This document shows positions 19,084 through 27,751 of a DNA stretch of 32,000 bases, piece after piece. Below the pieces are notes generated by a model. It saw only the letters and a program-made list of their open reading frames with translations, was not told where the DNA came from and did no database searches. The stretch lies in NCBI RefSeq assembly GCF_000009705.1, contig NC_003272.1, positions 4,050,001 to 4,082,000 on the forward strand, written 5' to 3'. A program made the translations under genes and the position numbers. Origin of the DNA: Nostoc sp. PCC 7120 = FACHB-418. GTDB lineage: Bacteria; Cyanobacteriota; Cyanobacteriia; Cyanobacteriales; Nostocaceae. Every line of letters begins with the position of its first letter. Positions within the stretch are counted from its first letter, which is position 1.

Positions 19084-20567
19084 CCAAACCCTTTCTCCAA
19101 CCACTAGATCGCGTGGCGATCGCTCTCATGTTAATTTTGAGTTTGTTGATTGGACTGCTGATCTTACAAGGTGATGTTGTTGCTTCTCGTGTACGCGATT
19201 TTACCTGGGAAAATCAAAAAATCGGTGCCGAAGATACCTCTTTTGCCGTCACCTTTAGCCGTCCAATGAACATCAAAAGCGTAGAAGATAACTTGAAAAT
19301 CGAACCGCCTTTAGCAGGGAAATTCAGTTGGGCCGGGCGACGGATGGTTTATACTCTGCTGACACCAGCCCCCTATGGAACGAATTATAAATTACAGTTG
19401 CAGGACGCTAAAGATAGATTTGCCGAAAAAGAACAAACAAATCGGGTAATTCAGCCCTTTACTAGTCAATTTCGCACACGCGATCGCGTCATTCTCTACA
19501 TTGGAGCCGGTCAACAAGACCAAGGACAACTAGTACTTTACAACTTATCTTTAGAACAGAAAAAGGTACTTAGTCCCAAAGACTTAGTGGTGATGGATTT
19601 TAAACCATACCCCAATGGAGAAAAAATCTTATTCTCGGCTCGCGCTGCCAACAATCAAGACTTACTTTCAGCACAATTGTACACGGTCACAACCGGTATC
19701 CCCGCCAAATCTGATACACCAGCAGAACCAGCAGGGAAAATCGACTTAGTTTTAGATAATAAAGACTATCAAAACCTGAAATTCGACTTATCTCCCGATG
19801 GCGAAACTATCGTGATTCAACGGGGAAATAGAAACAATCCTAGTGATTTTGGTCTGTGGTTTATCTCAGCTACCAGCAACTCAGGACAAAGACCCGTTCC
19901 ACAACGTCTGCAAAGCCAGCCTGGGGGAGATTTCATGATTACCCCTGATAGTAAGGCCGTAGCCGTAGCCCAAGGGCAAGGAGCCGCCATTCTACCACTA
20001 CAAAAAGATGCCAGCAAACCCCTAGATTTTCTTCCCCAGTTTGGACTGGTACAGGCATTCTCCAAAGATGGCTCTCAAGCAGCAATGGTGAAATTTAATA
20101 CAGATTTCACAAAAGAATTATTTTTAGTCACAAACCAAAGTGTCCAAAAACCCTTGTTAAAAACTACAGGTTCAATCCTCAGTTGCCAATTTGATCCAGG
20201 CTTACCCACCCTTTATTGCTTGCTGACACAGCTTGTATCTCAAGAACAGTACATAGAACAGCCTTATCTAGTAGCAATTGACTTAAAAACAGGACAGCAA
20301 AAACCATTGCTGGTGCTACCCATAGAACAAAGAAACGTGCAGATGAGCTTATCACCGGATGGTTTAGGCTTGTTATTTGACCAAGTAGTTCCCCAAACCA
20401 ATCCTAATGCACCTGCCACTGGAGCCTTGAAAACAGATGACGGTGAAGCGATCGCTACCAGTAATCTTTGGCTAATGCCCCTACTACCCATTTCTGACAC
20501 AGCCATCAGTTCTATCAGACCAGAAAAGCTACCCTTCATCGGATTTCATCCCCGTTGGCTACCGTGA
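19077..20567 (+). CDS. Membrane-anchored hypothetical protein with an Ig-like (SbsA/Big_5-like) segment and a probable beta-propeller-like C-terminal region
   Basis: 496 aa with an N-terminal TM anchor (VAIALMLILSLLIGLLIL). FAVTFSRPMNIKSVEDNLKIEPPLAGKFSWAGRRMVYTLL resembles bacterial Ig-like surface domains. Repeated SPDG motifs (LSPDGETIV, LSPDGLGLL) are reminiscent of TolB-like propeller blades. The domain calls were made by eye. Confidence 0.65.
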   Translation: MTTKPFLQPLDRVAIALMLILSLLIGLLILQGDVVASRVRDFTWENQKIGAEDTSFAVTFSRPMNIKSVEDNLKIEPPLAGKFSWAGRRMVYTLLTPAPYGTNYKLQLQDAKDRFAEKEQTNRVIQPFTSQFRTRDRVILYIGAGQQDQGQLVLYNLSLEQKKVLSPKDLVVMDFKPYPNGEKILFSARAANNQDLLSAQLYTVTTGIPAKSDTPAEPAGKIDLVLDNKDYQNLKFDLSPDGETIVIQRGNRNNPSDFGLWFISATSNSGQRPVPQRLQSQPGGDFMITPDSKAVAVAQGQGAAILPLQKDASKPLDFLPQFGLVQAFSKDGSQAAMVKFNTDFTKELFLVTNQSVQKPLLKTTGSILSCQFDPGLPTLYCLLTQLVSQEQYIEQPYLVAIDLKTGQQKPLLVLPIEQRNVQMSLSPDGLGLLFDQVVPQTNPNAPATGALKTDDGEAIATSNLWLMPLLPISDTAISSIRPEKLPFIGFHPRWLP

Positions 20568-20589
20568 GGCAAGGAGCAACAATAAAAAC

Positions 20590-20631
20590 CAATGACTAAT
20601 GACTACTGACTATTGACACCTGACTCTTACC
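20590..20631. repeat. STRR heptamer array after the 496-aa gene
   Basis: CAATGAC TAATGAC TACTGAC TATTGAC ACCTGAC TCTTACC. Confidence 0.8.
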
Positions 20632-21022
20632 CTTTTCAATTTTTAACTTTTCTGAGCTAGGCATTTGATAAATTATATACAGAGACAGTATTTATCCCGC
20701 CTCTGACCTTGTACCAGCAAGCCACCTACCATATAACTGTTTATAAAAGCCAAGCAGCCTTGAATCTTTATTAGGTATCTGTACTGCGGTGCATATATTT
20801 GTAGCATTTGAACTTGAAACCCTCGTCAGGTCTAAGGTTGACGGGGGCAAGCTCATAATGTTATAACGACATCAGTTATGTATGCAAAATAGGGAACACT
20901 GAATCAATGAATAATTACCTGTGTTAGGGGCAGTCTAACTTGGCTGATCCAACCCCCAAGCACTTGAAAAGTATCCTAGCGGTAGCAATGCTAGGCGTTT
21001 TTAAGTGGGTGGTTCAAGAGTG

Positions 21023-22570
21023 ATGAATGAAGCTAACACCTCAAATAATAGGGCTGTGATGGAATCTCCTAATTCTTCTGCTAATTCACTACAACCGGAA
21101 CAGACAATCTGTCCTTTCTATACAGTTGTGCCTTCTGAAAACACAACTAATGCCAAATTGCCCCTCCTGAATCCAGCAGAAGATGAGCAGGACGAGATCC
21201 CAACAGCCGATTCTCCTCAAGATGAAAAACAGCAGGATTGGGTGGGGGAGCCTGATGGCGAAAAGCAAGCACAGGTAGAAACTGAATTTCAGAAGTTATT
21301 GGCATTGAATGAGGAATTGCGGGCGGCAAATAATCAGTTATACCAGCGAGTAGAACATTTACAAGATGACTTAGCTGAGTCAGAAAAGGCTTTACAGTGG
21401 CAGAAAAGACGCTCCAGTGTCACTGAGTCGATGCTCAATCAACAAGCTCAAGAACTAGCCGCAGCCCAAGAACAAATTCAATCACTGTTCCAACAGTTAG
21501 AAACTGCCGTCCAAACGACTCAACGTCAAGAAATTCTGATTGATAGTTATAAAGCCCAATTGCAAATTAGTCAACAGCGCATTGCTCAATTAGAACGGGA
21601 ATGTTCTTTATTACAAACTAACTATAGCGAACAGTCCCAACAAGTCGTCCAGTCAGAAAACGCTTGTCGAGAATTGCGTACTCGACTGATGCGACAGCAA
21701 CGCCAAACTTTGCAATTTAAAGCGGCGCTAGAAAAATGTCTAGAGACATCGATCCCCAATTATGAATCTCCCGACGAGGATACTAGCAATACTCAAAATA
21801 CAGTTCCCCACAAAACCCGATTTGCTAGAAAAGCACGCTCTTTGTTTCCCAACGCCGAACCGATAAAACCTTGGACAGCAGAAGCAGATTCTCAAGAAGA
21901 GGATACCAATCAATCTTGGGAAGAGCCTAAAACACCCCGCCCTTTCACCAGCGATTACTCAATGCCTAATCCGCCTTCTCTCTGGAATTGGCCAGTGAAG
22001 GATAAGGAGAAGGAAGATATACGCATAATCTCCCAGCCACCAGAACCCGCACCAAAAGAAGATGAGTCGCCTATTCCTCCTGAAGAAGCCCCATCTGTGG
22101 GTTCAGCAGAATTAGATCAGCAAATAGATAGTCTCATTCAAATGTTTTTTGCCTCCCAACCAGGAGGTATGCCACCAACACCACCAGCATCCGAAGCAGT
22201 CGGAGAAAATACCCCAGTGGATACAACTATCTGGGAAACTTCCGCTACTAGTGTCGAGGAAGAGGAGACCCCAGAGCAGTTATGGGAACCAATGGTAGAA
22301 GTAAGCCCCTCTCCCACTAATTCTTCATTTTCCTTTACTGTATCTCCTACTGAAAAACCTGCCGAAGTACCAGAGCAGGATCATTCAGCCGCTTCACCCG
22401 TGAATGAGGTGGAGTTTCCCATGACTGACTTAGCACCAGATTCATTTGATGAATTTGCGAACGATACTCAATCACCTTCACCTGTGGTTTATCCCCAACG
22501 ACCACGGAAGGGGCGTAAATCTTTAGCGTCGGTGGAATTGCCGAATTTTCACAAGCCTAATGGTCAATAG
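21023..22570 (+). CDS. Acidic coiled-coil protein with a Pro/Glu/Ser-rich C-terminal half (candidate cyanobacterial coiled-coil-rich protein)
   Basis: The ORF is open from GTG 21005; the ATG is at 21023. Residues about 90-245 are Q/E/L-rich heptad-like sequence (FQKLLALNEELRAANNQLYQRVEHLQDDLAESEKALQWQ...QLERECSLLQ). The C-terminal half is P/E/S/T-rich and the tail is basic (PRKGRKSLASVELPNF). Confidence 0.75.
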   Translation: MNEANTSNNRAVMESPNSSANSLQPEQTICPFYTVVPSENTTNAKLPLLNPAEDEQDEIPTADSPQDEKQQDWVGEPDGEKQAQVETEFQKLLALNEELRAANNQLYQRVEHLQDDLAESEKALQWQKRRSSVTESMLNQQAQELAAAQEQIQSLFQQLETAVQTTQRQEILIDSYKAQLQISQQRIAQLERECSLLQTNYSEQSQQVVQSENACRELRTRLMRQQRQTLQFKAALEKCLETSIPNYESPDEDTSNTQNTVPHKTRFARKARSLFPNAEPIKPWTAEADSQEEDTNQSWEEPKTPRPFTSDYSMPNPPSLWNWPVKDKEKEDIRIISQPPEPAPKEDESPIPPEEAPSVGSAELDQQIDSLIQMFFASQPGGMPPTPPASEAVGENTPVDTTIWETSATSVEEEETPEQLWEPMVEVSPSPTNSSFSFTVSPTEKPAEVPEQDHSAASPVNEVEFPMTDLAPDSFDEFANDTQSPSPVVYPQRPRKGRKSLASVELPNFHKPNGQ

Positions 22571-22628
22571 TCATGTATTGCCAATTTCTTGTGTTGAGTG
22601 TTAAGCGTTAACCATCAATATTAGGGAA

Positions 22629-22662
22629 ATGTTGGGTTTCACTACGTTCTAATCAACCTACA
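22629..22662. repeat. Degenerate copy of a dispersed cyanobacterial repeat of the TGTTGGGTTTC...CAACCTAC type
   Basis: ATGTTGGGTTTCACTACGTTCTAATCAACCTACA resembles, from memory, a short element found many times in Nostocales intergenic DNA. The stem halves GTTGGGTT / AATCAACC are imperfect here. Confidence 0.4.
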
Positions 22663-22814
22663 TTTATTGTTCATCCAGATCATCTGGAAAGAGATGCCCT
22701 CCACTGCGTTACTTAACACCACTTGCCCACAAGCGGACAAAAACGGATAGGAACGCAAACCTGTTAAACCTAAAACCAAAATTAACCCGATCAAAAGTTA
22801 AGAATTAAGTAATT

Positions 22815-23816
22815 TTGATGGGAAAACTTAGGTATAAATGTATAAATAAAACAACTAAATACCCATACTCCACCAAGCCAAAATTGACTAGGTTCAAACT
22901 CTGCCTATTAACCTTAACTATGAGCTTAACTCTCAGTAGTTGCACACCTGAGAGAAGAACAATGTTGCGGATAACTACCGAGAGATTTCACGACCAGGTA
23001 GTTGAAGCCATTACCTCAATTAAGGAAATCTATACACTGAAAAATGTGCCACTAGACCCTAAATTATCTCGTGAATTAATCACTCAACAATTGCTTACAG
23101 ACCCTAGTATTAACTTTAGGGATATTCCAGAAGTAGACAAAATTATCACGCAAGATGAAGAGACAAACAGACAACCATCAAATTTTGACATAGAGTTAGA
23201 TAATTTAACTGTTGAATATGACACAGCCTTAGAGATATTTCAAAATCTGGAAAACATAGATTATGGCAGTTCGAGAATAGTTTCTCAATCGGCTCAACCT
23301 GCAAGATGTTTAACAGTAAAAATGTTACTCTTAGCTAAACAAATTCAAGAAAGACCGCCAAAACCCAACAATCCCCAACGGGTACTGATTAGCGTTAAAC
23401 TACAACAACTGCGGAAACTATATAATAGTCCCAATTCATCCTTATCCGCAGAAGAAATTAAGCGCCAAGTTGCGGAACAAATAGATGAATGGCTGAAAGT
23501 AAATGCGTTTGAACAAGCAGCCATTGAAGATACTACAACTAAACTTTTAATCGCTGCGGATACTGGACGACAACTATCAAAATTAATTGATGACTATTCA
23601 AGTGTAAATTTTGAAGTAATTGCTAGTAGAGTTACCCAAATTATGGGTTTAACAACCAGTATTACCAGGCGAAATTATAGCTCTACACAAACTAAGCTAA
23701 AAAATATAGAGAGATTAATTACAGAAGACAAAACCTTAAGAGAATTTATGACAGAGGTATCTTTCAAAAGACCACAGTCACAAACTTCAAAATCTCCTCT
23801 ATGTCAACAGCTTTAA
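22815..23816 (+). CDS. Orphan predicted lipoprotein, mostly alpha-helical, no recognisable domain
   Basis: 333-aa ORF. The lipobox-like LTLSSC is preceded by a hydrophobic stretch (FKLCLLTLTMSLTL). An internal TTG at 22884 would give a canonical 19-aa lipoprotein signal peptide. The coding sequence is AT-rich. Confidence 0.6.
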   Translation: MMGKLRYKCINKTTKYPYSTKPKLTRFKLCLLTLTMSLTLSSCTPERRTMLRITTERFHDQVVEAITSIKEIYTLKNVPLDPKLSRELITQQLLTDPSINFRDIPEVDKIITQDEETNRQPSNFDIELDNLTVEYDTALEIFQNLENIDYGSSRIVSQSAQPARCLTVKMLLLAKQIQERPPKPNNPQRVLISVKLQQLRKLYNSPNSSLSAEEIKRQVAEQIDEWLKVNAFEQAAIEDTTTKLLIAADTGRQLSKLIDDYSSVNFEVIASRVTQIMGLTTSITRRNYSSTQTKLKNIERLITEDKTLREFMTEVSFKRPQSQTSKSPLCQQL

Positions 23817-23882
23817 TTACAACTCTCATCTCTCATCTACTTAGTATGAGAAAGCATAATCAATCATAACTTAATAATTTAT

Positions 23883-24275
23883 ATGTCTAACAATGACGAA
23901 ATTCTTAATAAACTACAAACCATAGTTTACCAACTACAAGTTGTCTCTAGCAATCAAATAGATGTACTTGAACTAAATCAAATAGAAACAGATTTAGAGA
24001 GTATCTTACCGCAACTCCAATTTGAAATGACAGATGCGAGAATGGATGGTAATTGGGCAGAAGCTAATGAGTTAAGGGAAGCATATGAAGAATGTAAAAA
24101 CGCACTTGAACGCGTCAGGGCGGCAATTATTAAGTCTACTATAATTGGGATTAATCAAGAAAATTTAACTGAGATGCGGAGGATATTAGATGAAGTTCAA
24201 ACTACCTCGAAAACTCAAAAAAAGCTAAAGTTGATTGTTTCTTCACTGCGCTTGGTGCAAAAGTTATTTAGATAG
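23883..24275 (+). CDS. Orphan 130-aa helical / coiled-coil-like protein
   Basis: ATG-initiated ORF 66 nt after the lipoprotein gene on the same strand. Heptad-like Q/L/E-rich sequence. I recognise no domain. Confidence 0.55.
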   Translation: MSNNDEILNKLQTIVYQLQVVSSNQIDVLELNQIETDLESILPQLQFEMTDARMDGNWAEANELREAYEECKNALERVRAAIIKSTIIGINQENLTEMRRILDEVQTTSKTQKKLKLIVSSLRLVQKLFR

Positions 24276-24306
24276 GACTTACGCACATAGGTTGTCTGTT
24301 GAGACC

Positions 24307-24534
24307 GGGTGTAAGGGTGTAGGGGTGTAAGGGTTTCAAACAGTTATACACGCCAGTTTGTACCCTGCGGGTTCCGCTTTAGCGGTACAAGTCGGGAAAC
24401 TCCTTCGGATACTCCTACGGAGAAGCAAGCTACGGCAGTCCACCCGGCGGCATAGCCGCACGTGTGGCTGCACTCATCGCCCACGCAACTGGCTCCCCTA
24501 CACCCCTATACCCTTCTCCGACGCGGAGAGGGGC
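24307..24534. mobile_element. MITE-like GC-rich element with imperfect terminal inverted repeats
   Basis: The left arm GGGTGTAAGGGTGTAGGGGTGTAAGGG (24307-24333) is the inverted complement, about 18 of 21 matching, of CCCCTACACCCCTATACCCTT (24495-24515). The interior is much more GC-rich than the flanks and has several sub-hairpins. It ends with TCTCCGacgCGGAGA, related to the hairpin at 3763-3785. Confidence 0.6.
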
Positions 24535-24662
24535 TTTGAGTACTATGGGGGTTAGGCCTGTATTTAACTCAATTGCAAATCGCTATATTTTGATATGATT
24601 TATCACGAAAAAAAATAAATTGAGCGCTTAACGCAAAGCCTCCACCCAACCTTGTTTTGCTA

Positions 24663-27014
24663 CTAACCATTTTCTAAACGCGTCATTGTTATTTGCACTT
24701 TTTCCACTTGCTTTGGTGCAGGCATATCATTGAAAATAACGATCGCCTGATGAAATGTTTCTCTACTCTGGTTAACCTCACCCATTCTTTGATATGTTAA
24801 ACCTAACTGGTAGTAGGCTTTGGCGAGATTGCATTTATCAGATACCTTGTTCATGTTGGCGATCGCTTCTAAATGTTTATCTATCGCCACTGTAAACTGT
24901 CCCTGTTCTCGATATAATGATGCTAAACAAGATGTAGCCCTCGCTTCCAAAAAACTGAACTGATTTTGACGACAATGGTTAATAGCTTGATGGCACATCG
25001 AGAAAGCCTTGTCTATTAAACCTAAATTTTTATAAGTCAAGCTGAGAAATAGTAAGCTAGTGCCTATACCCCAGGAAGTTAATCTGTCGTGAGATAATCC
25101 CTCTTCCGCTTCTCGTAACATCAACTCTACGTTTTCATTATTGCCCACAGAGGAATCTAAATAAGCTAAACAACACAGAGAATAAACAACATATTGATAA
25201 TAATTTCTGTCTGTTGCCCCTAGATTCTTGACGTAGTAAAAAATCTCACTTGCTCGCTCAATTTCCCATAAATCTGTGTAACAAAGACCTAAATTGAAAC
25301 TACTGGAAATTCTCTCTTGCAGAAAGTTATTTTTTTCAGCAATCTCATTAGATTTATAGTGGCATTCCAGAGCTAATTTGATATTGCCTATTTGGTGATA
25401 AGCTCGCCCCAATAGATTATACAGAATATTCAAATGATAGTCGGAATGTAAATTATGAATGAGGGGATTAATCACAGAAATTAAGGTTTCCAACAAACCC
25501 AATCGATTAAATAAAACCCCCAAAGATATACTGTGATCCCACTTTTTGGGTCTACTACGAATAATCACATCAGCAGCTTTTTCATAATCCCCAATTTCCA
25601 TATAGTGATGATAAGCTTCCAACGCCATCAAAGCATCTTGAGGGTTTTCCACTTGAGTAACACTCTGATTCCAAAATTCTGCTGCTTTGTGGTTAGCAAT
25701 TTGCCATTCACCACTTTGTTTTAATCTGGCGATCGCCTCTGTACAAATCACCGGATGTAACCAATATTTTCCTTTACGAAACTCTATCAATAAACGGTCT
25801 GTCAGATATCTAATTACTCGCCTAGCTTGTTGTTCTGGCACATCCCAAAGTAAACATTGTAATCCCTGAACACTCACATGAGTAACATCTTGATAGCGAT
25901 AACATCCCAAACGACAAAGCAGCCGATATGCTTCACTATCCATTTGTGCCAAACGGTCAAATTGACTAGCAACTAAATTTTTTAATTCTGGTTCAATTAA
26001 TAAATCATGCTTATTTTCTCGCCAATAAATATCTGCATTGCCTTCAAAATCTGTAGTAATTGCACCACTAATAATTTGCATAGATTTGGCATTTCCACCA
26101 AAAGCTTTACACATTTCACTTAGTGCAGGTGAATTAGATTTAATTTGACAACTAGTAAAAAACTTTTGCCAAGTACACTCATCTAAACCCCCCAGGGGAT
26201 AGAAAGTCACATCTACATCTGATTCATACAGACGCTCACGACTAGTAATCAAAGTGATAGATTTAATACTAGGGTCTGCTAATACCCGCAACAGTTCTAC
26301 ATAGGAACGACGAGAAGCAATAATCTGACCATTTCTATCCAAAGCAGACTCAAGATTATCAATTAAAACCCCTATTTTGCGCGTTTCATCCCGCAGCTTG
26401 CGCCGTAGCCTATCTAGATTAATACCAAACTCTTTACCCGGTTCCTCATTAAAATCAACCCTCAGCCATTCCTCAACCACACTCTCCACAGAAACGATAT
26501 GTTGGCTTTCCTTAGCCATCCACAACTCTAGGAAATCAAAACCTTGAGCCTTAAAATACCGCCGAGCTAAGGTAGTTTTGCCAACACCACCTTCACCTTG
26601 GATGAGGATAATTTTCGCGCCTCGGACAACATAGCTATCAAGTTCGGCTATTTCGCGATCGCGCCCCACAAAGTTATAATCCAGTTCTTGTGGCTTGCCA
26701 TTATTGAGGACTGGATTTACAATAGGCGACATCTTTTGTAGTCTATGAGATTGCCAAAATCTCTGCACCACTGAAGAAAAGTTTGACTTCGAGACTTTTT
26801 CCCCCAAAACGTTCGTCAGTGTTTGCCACAATTGTGCGCCAACTGCTTTTAAATGCGCTTCCGTATAACCACAAATATCAGCAATATTCTGATAAGTTTG
26901 TTTTCTATCCTCCCATAAATTACGTAGAATTATTCTTTGAGTTGTGCCTAAACGTTCCCCTGTTTTTCTATAAACCAAACTATCCAAAAGCTCTAGAGCT
27001 TCTTCTGCACCCAT
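24663..27014 (-). CDS. STAND ATPase: N-terminal HTH-like module, NB-ARC (AP-ATPase) NTPase, C-terminal TPR array
   Basis: 783 aa. The P-loop GEGGVGKTTLA lies at 26571-26597. Walker B is GVLIDNLE and the RNBS-B-like motif ITLITSRE. GGNAKSMQII is in the GLPL position and YWLHPVI in the MHD position. From about aa 455 there are multiple TPR-like repeats (AYHHYMEIGDYEKA, LGRAYHQIGNIKLALECH, LASLYREQGQFTVAIDKH, LGLTYQRMGEVNQSRETF). The N-terminal 85 aa (LGTTQRIILRNLWEDRKQTYQNIADICGYTEAHLKAVGAQLWQTLTNVLGEKVSKSNF) match a module I recall at the N-termini of many cyanobacterial STAND/WD40/TPR proteins. Confidence 0.9.
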   Translation of the reverse strand: MGAEEALELLDSLVYRKTGERLGTTQRIILRNLWEDRKQTYQNIADICGYTEAHLKAVGAQLWQTLTNVLGEKVSKSNFSSVVQRFWQSHRLQKMSPIVNPVLNNGKPQELDYNFVGRDREIAELDSYVVRGAKIILIQGEGGVGKTTLARRYFKAQGFDFLELWMAKESQHIVSVESVVEEWLRVDFNEEPGKEFGINLDRLRRKLRDETRKIGVLIDNLESALDRNGQIIASRRSYVELLRVLADPSIKSITLITSRERLYESDVDVTFYPLGGLDECTWQKFFTSCQIKSNSPALSEMCKAFGGNAKSMQIISGAITTDFEGNADIYWRENKHDLLIEPELKNLVASQFDRLAQMDSEAYRLLCRLGCYRYQDVTHVSVQGLQCLLWDVPEQQARRVIRYLTDRLLIEFRKGKYWLHPVICTEAIARLKQSGEWQIANHKAAEFWNQSVTQVENPQDALMALEAYHHYMEIGDYEKAADVIIRSRPKKWDHSISLGVLFNRLGLLETLISVINPLIHNLHSDYHLNILYNLLGRAYHQIGNIKLALECHYKSNEIAEKNNFLQERISSSFNLGLCYTDLWEIERASEIFYYVKNLGATDRNYYQYVVYSLCCLAYLDSSVGNNENVELMLREAEEGLSHDRLTSWGIGTSLLFLSLTYKNLGLIDKAFSMCHQAINHCRQNQFSFLEARATSCLASLYREQGQFTVAIDKHLEAIANMNKVSDKCNLAKAYYQLGLTYQRMGEVNQSRETFHQAIVIFNDMPAPKQVEKVQITMTRLENG

Positions 27015-27405
27015 CTATCGCCTGACTGTATCATTTGTGCTTAATTATAACCATATTTTCACGATTTCACTTTTGGCCACAATACTACAAACTACTTTTT
27101 CCTACCCAGTAGGAAATGAGATGTCTTACTTTATCCAACTGCAAATTCTTTGAGACTGTATTACTCTTGTAATCAATACAGGCAAAGTTAAGTTAATTGT
27201 CAGGAGATACACGGTTGAGGAGAGATGTTAGTGATCAAGCTGATACTTCTGGCGTACTCATTAACACATATAACTAAGTAAGTCTTCATTCCCAGAGAAG
27301 ATTTATCTCAGTAGGTTCCTATAGATAAGCGGTAAGCATTAACTAACTAGATTCTGTAGAGCGTGTAAATACTTATGTTCCTCTCCACCCTACAGGAGTT
27401 CCATC

Positions 27406-27633
27406 ATGTTGAAGAATGAAGATACCCTACTAGTTCGTTTAGTTGCTAAGTTCTTGAAATACTTTTTGTTGATGCTTTTTGGAGTGGCGATCGCTTACGT
27501 GCTTTCCACAGCGTTAGGTGCGTTACACATCATCGAGATACTGGTTGCAGTATTGCAAACCGTGTTTATGCCCTTGGGAGTTATCCTCTTGTGCTTAATC
27601 ACAATCATGGTCATTTTCGAGTCTGTTCGTTAG
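27406..27633 (+). CDS. 75-aa small membrane protein (two predicted TM helices)
   Basis: ATG preceded by AGGAG with a 7-nt spacer. The sequence is FLKYFLLMLFGVAIAYVLSTALGAL ... ILVAVLQTVFMPLGVILLCLITIMVIF. It is followed 12 nt later by a perfect hairpin and is divergent from the STAND gene. Confidence 0.6.
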   Translation: MLKNEDTLLVRLVAKFLKYFLLMLFGVAIAYVLSTALGALHIIEILVAVLQTVFMPLGVILLCLITIMVIFESVR

Positions 27634-27644
27634 TCCAAATCAAA

Positions 27645-27668
27645 AGAGTGCAAAAATTTTTGCACTCT
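27645..27668. terminator. Perfect 24-nt palindrome, candidate bidirectional terminator
   Basis: AGAGTGCAAAAATTTTTGCACTCT. On the minus strand it is followed by TTTTGATTTGG; on the plus strand the tail is weaker (CAAATTCTTCC). It sits between the convergent 75-aa and 35-aa ORFs. Confidence 0.65.
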
Positions 27669-27751
27669 CAAATTCTTCCTTGTCAACTATTTACCCGATT
27701 CAACACTCATGAACGGGCGTATTTCTCAATGCTTCCCTCTAACCACGGGTT

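Noticed and set aside
1815-20539. Numerous 60-127-aa ORFs nested in or antisense to larger genes (e.g. 1815..2018, 1879..2091, 2551..2772, 4729..4977, 6851..7105, 7766..8029, 8402..8790, 9399..9599, 10351..10653, 12790..13014, 15808..16110, 17132..17515, 18454..18717, 19817..20065, 20264..20539)
   Set aside because: Each lies inside a longer ORF that has clear family motifs. Their translations are low-complexity or Arg/Ser-rich, as expected for off-frame or antisense reading.
24358-24555. 65-aa plus-strand ORF
   Set aside because: It lies entirely inside the GC-rich MITE-like repeat. Its Arg/Ser/Pro-rich translation is what such repeats produce by chance.
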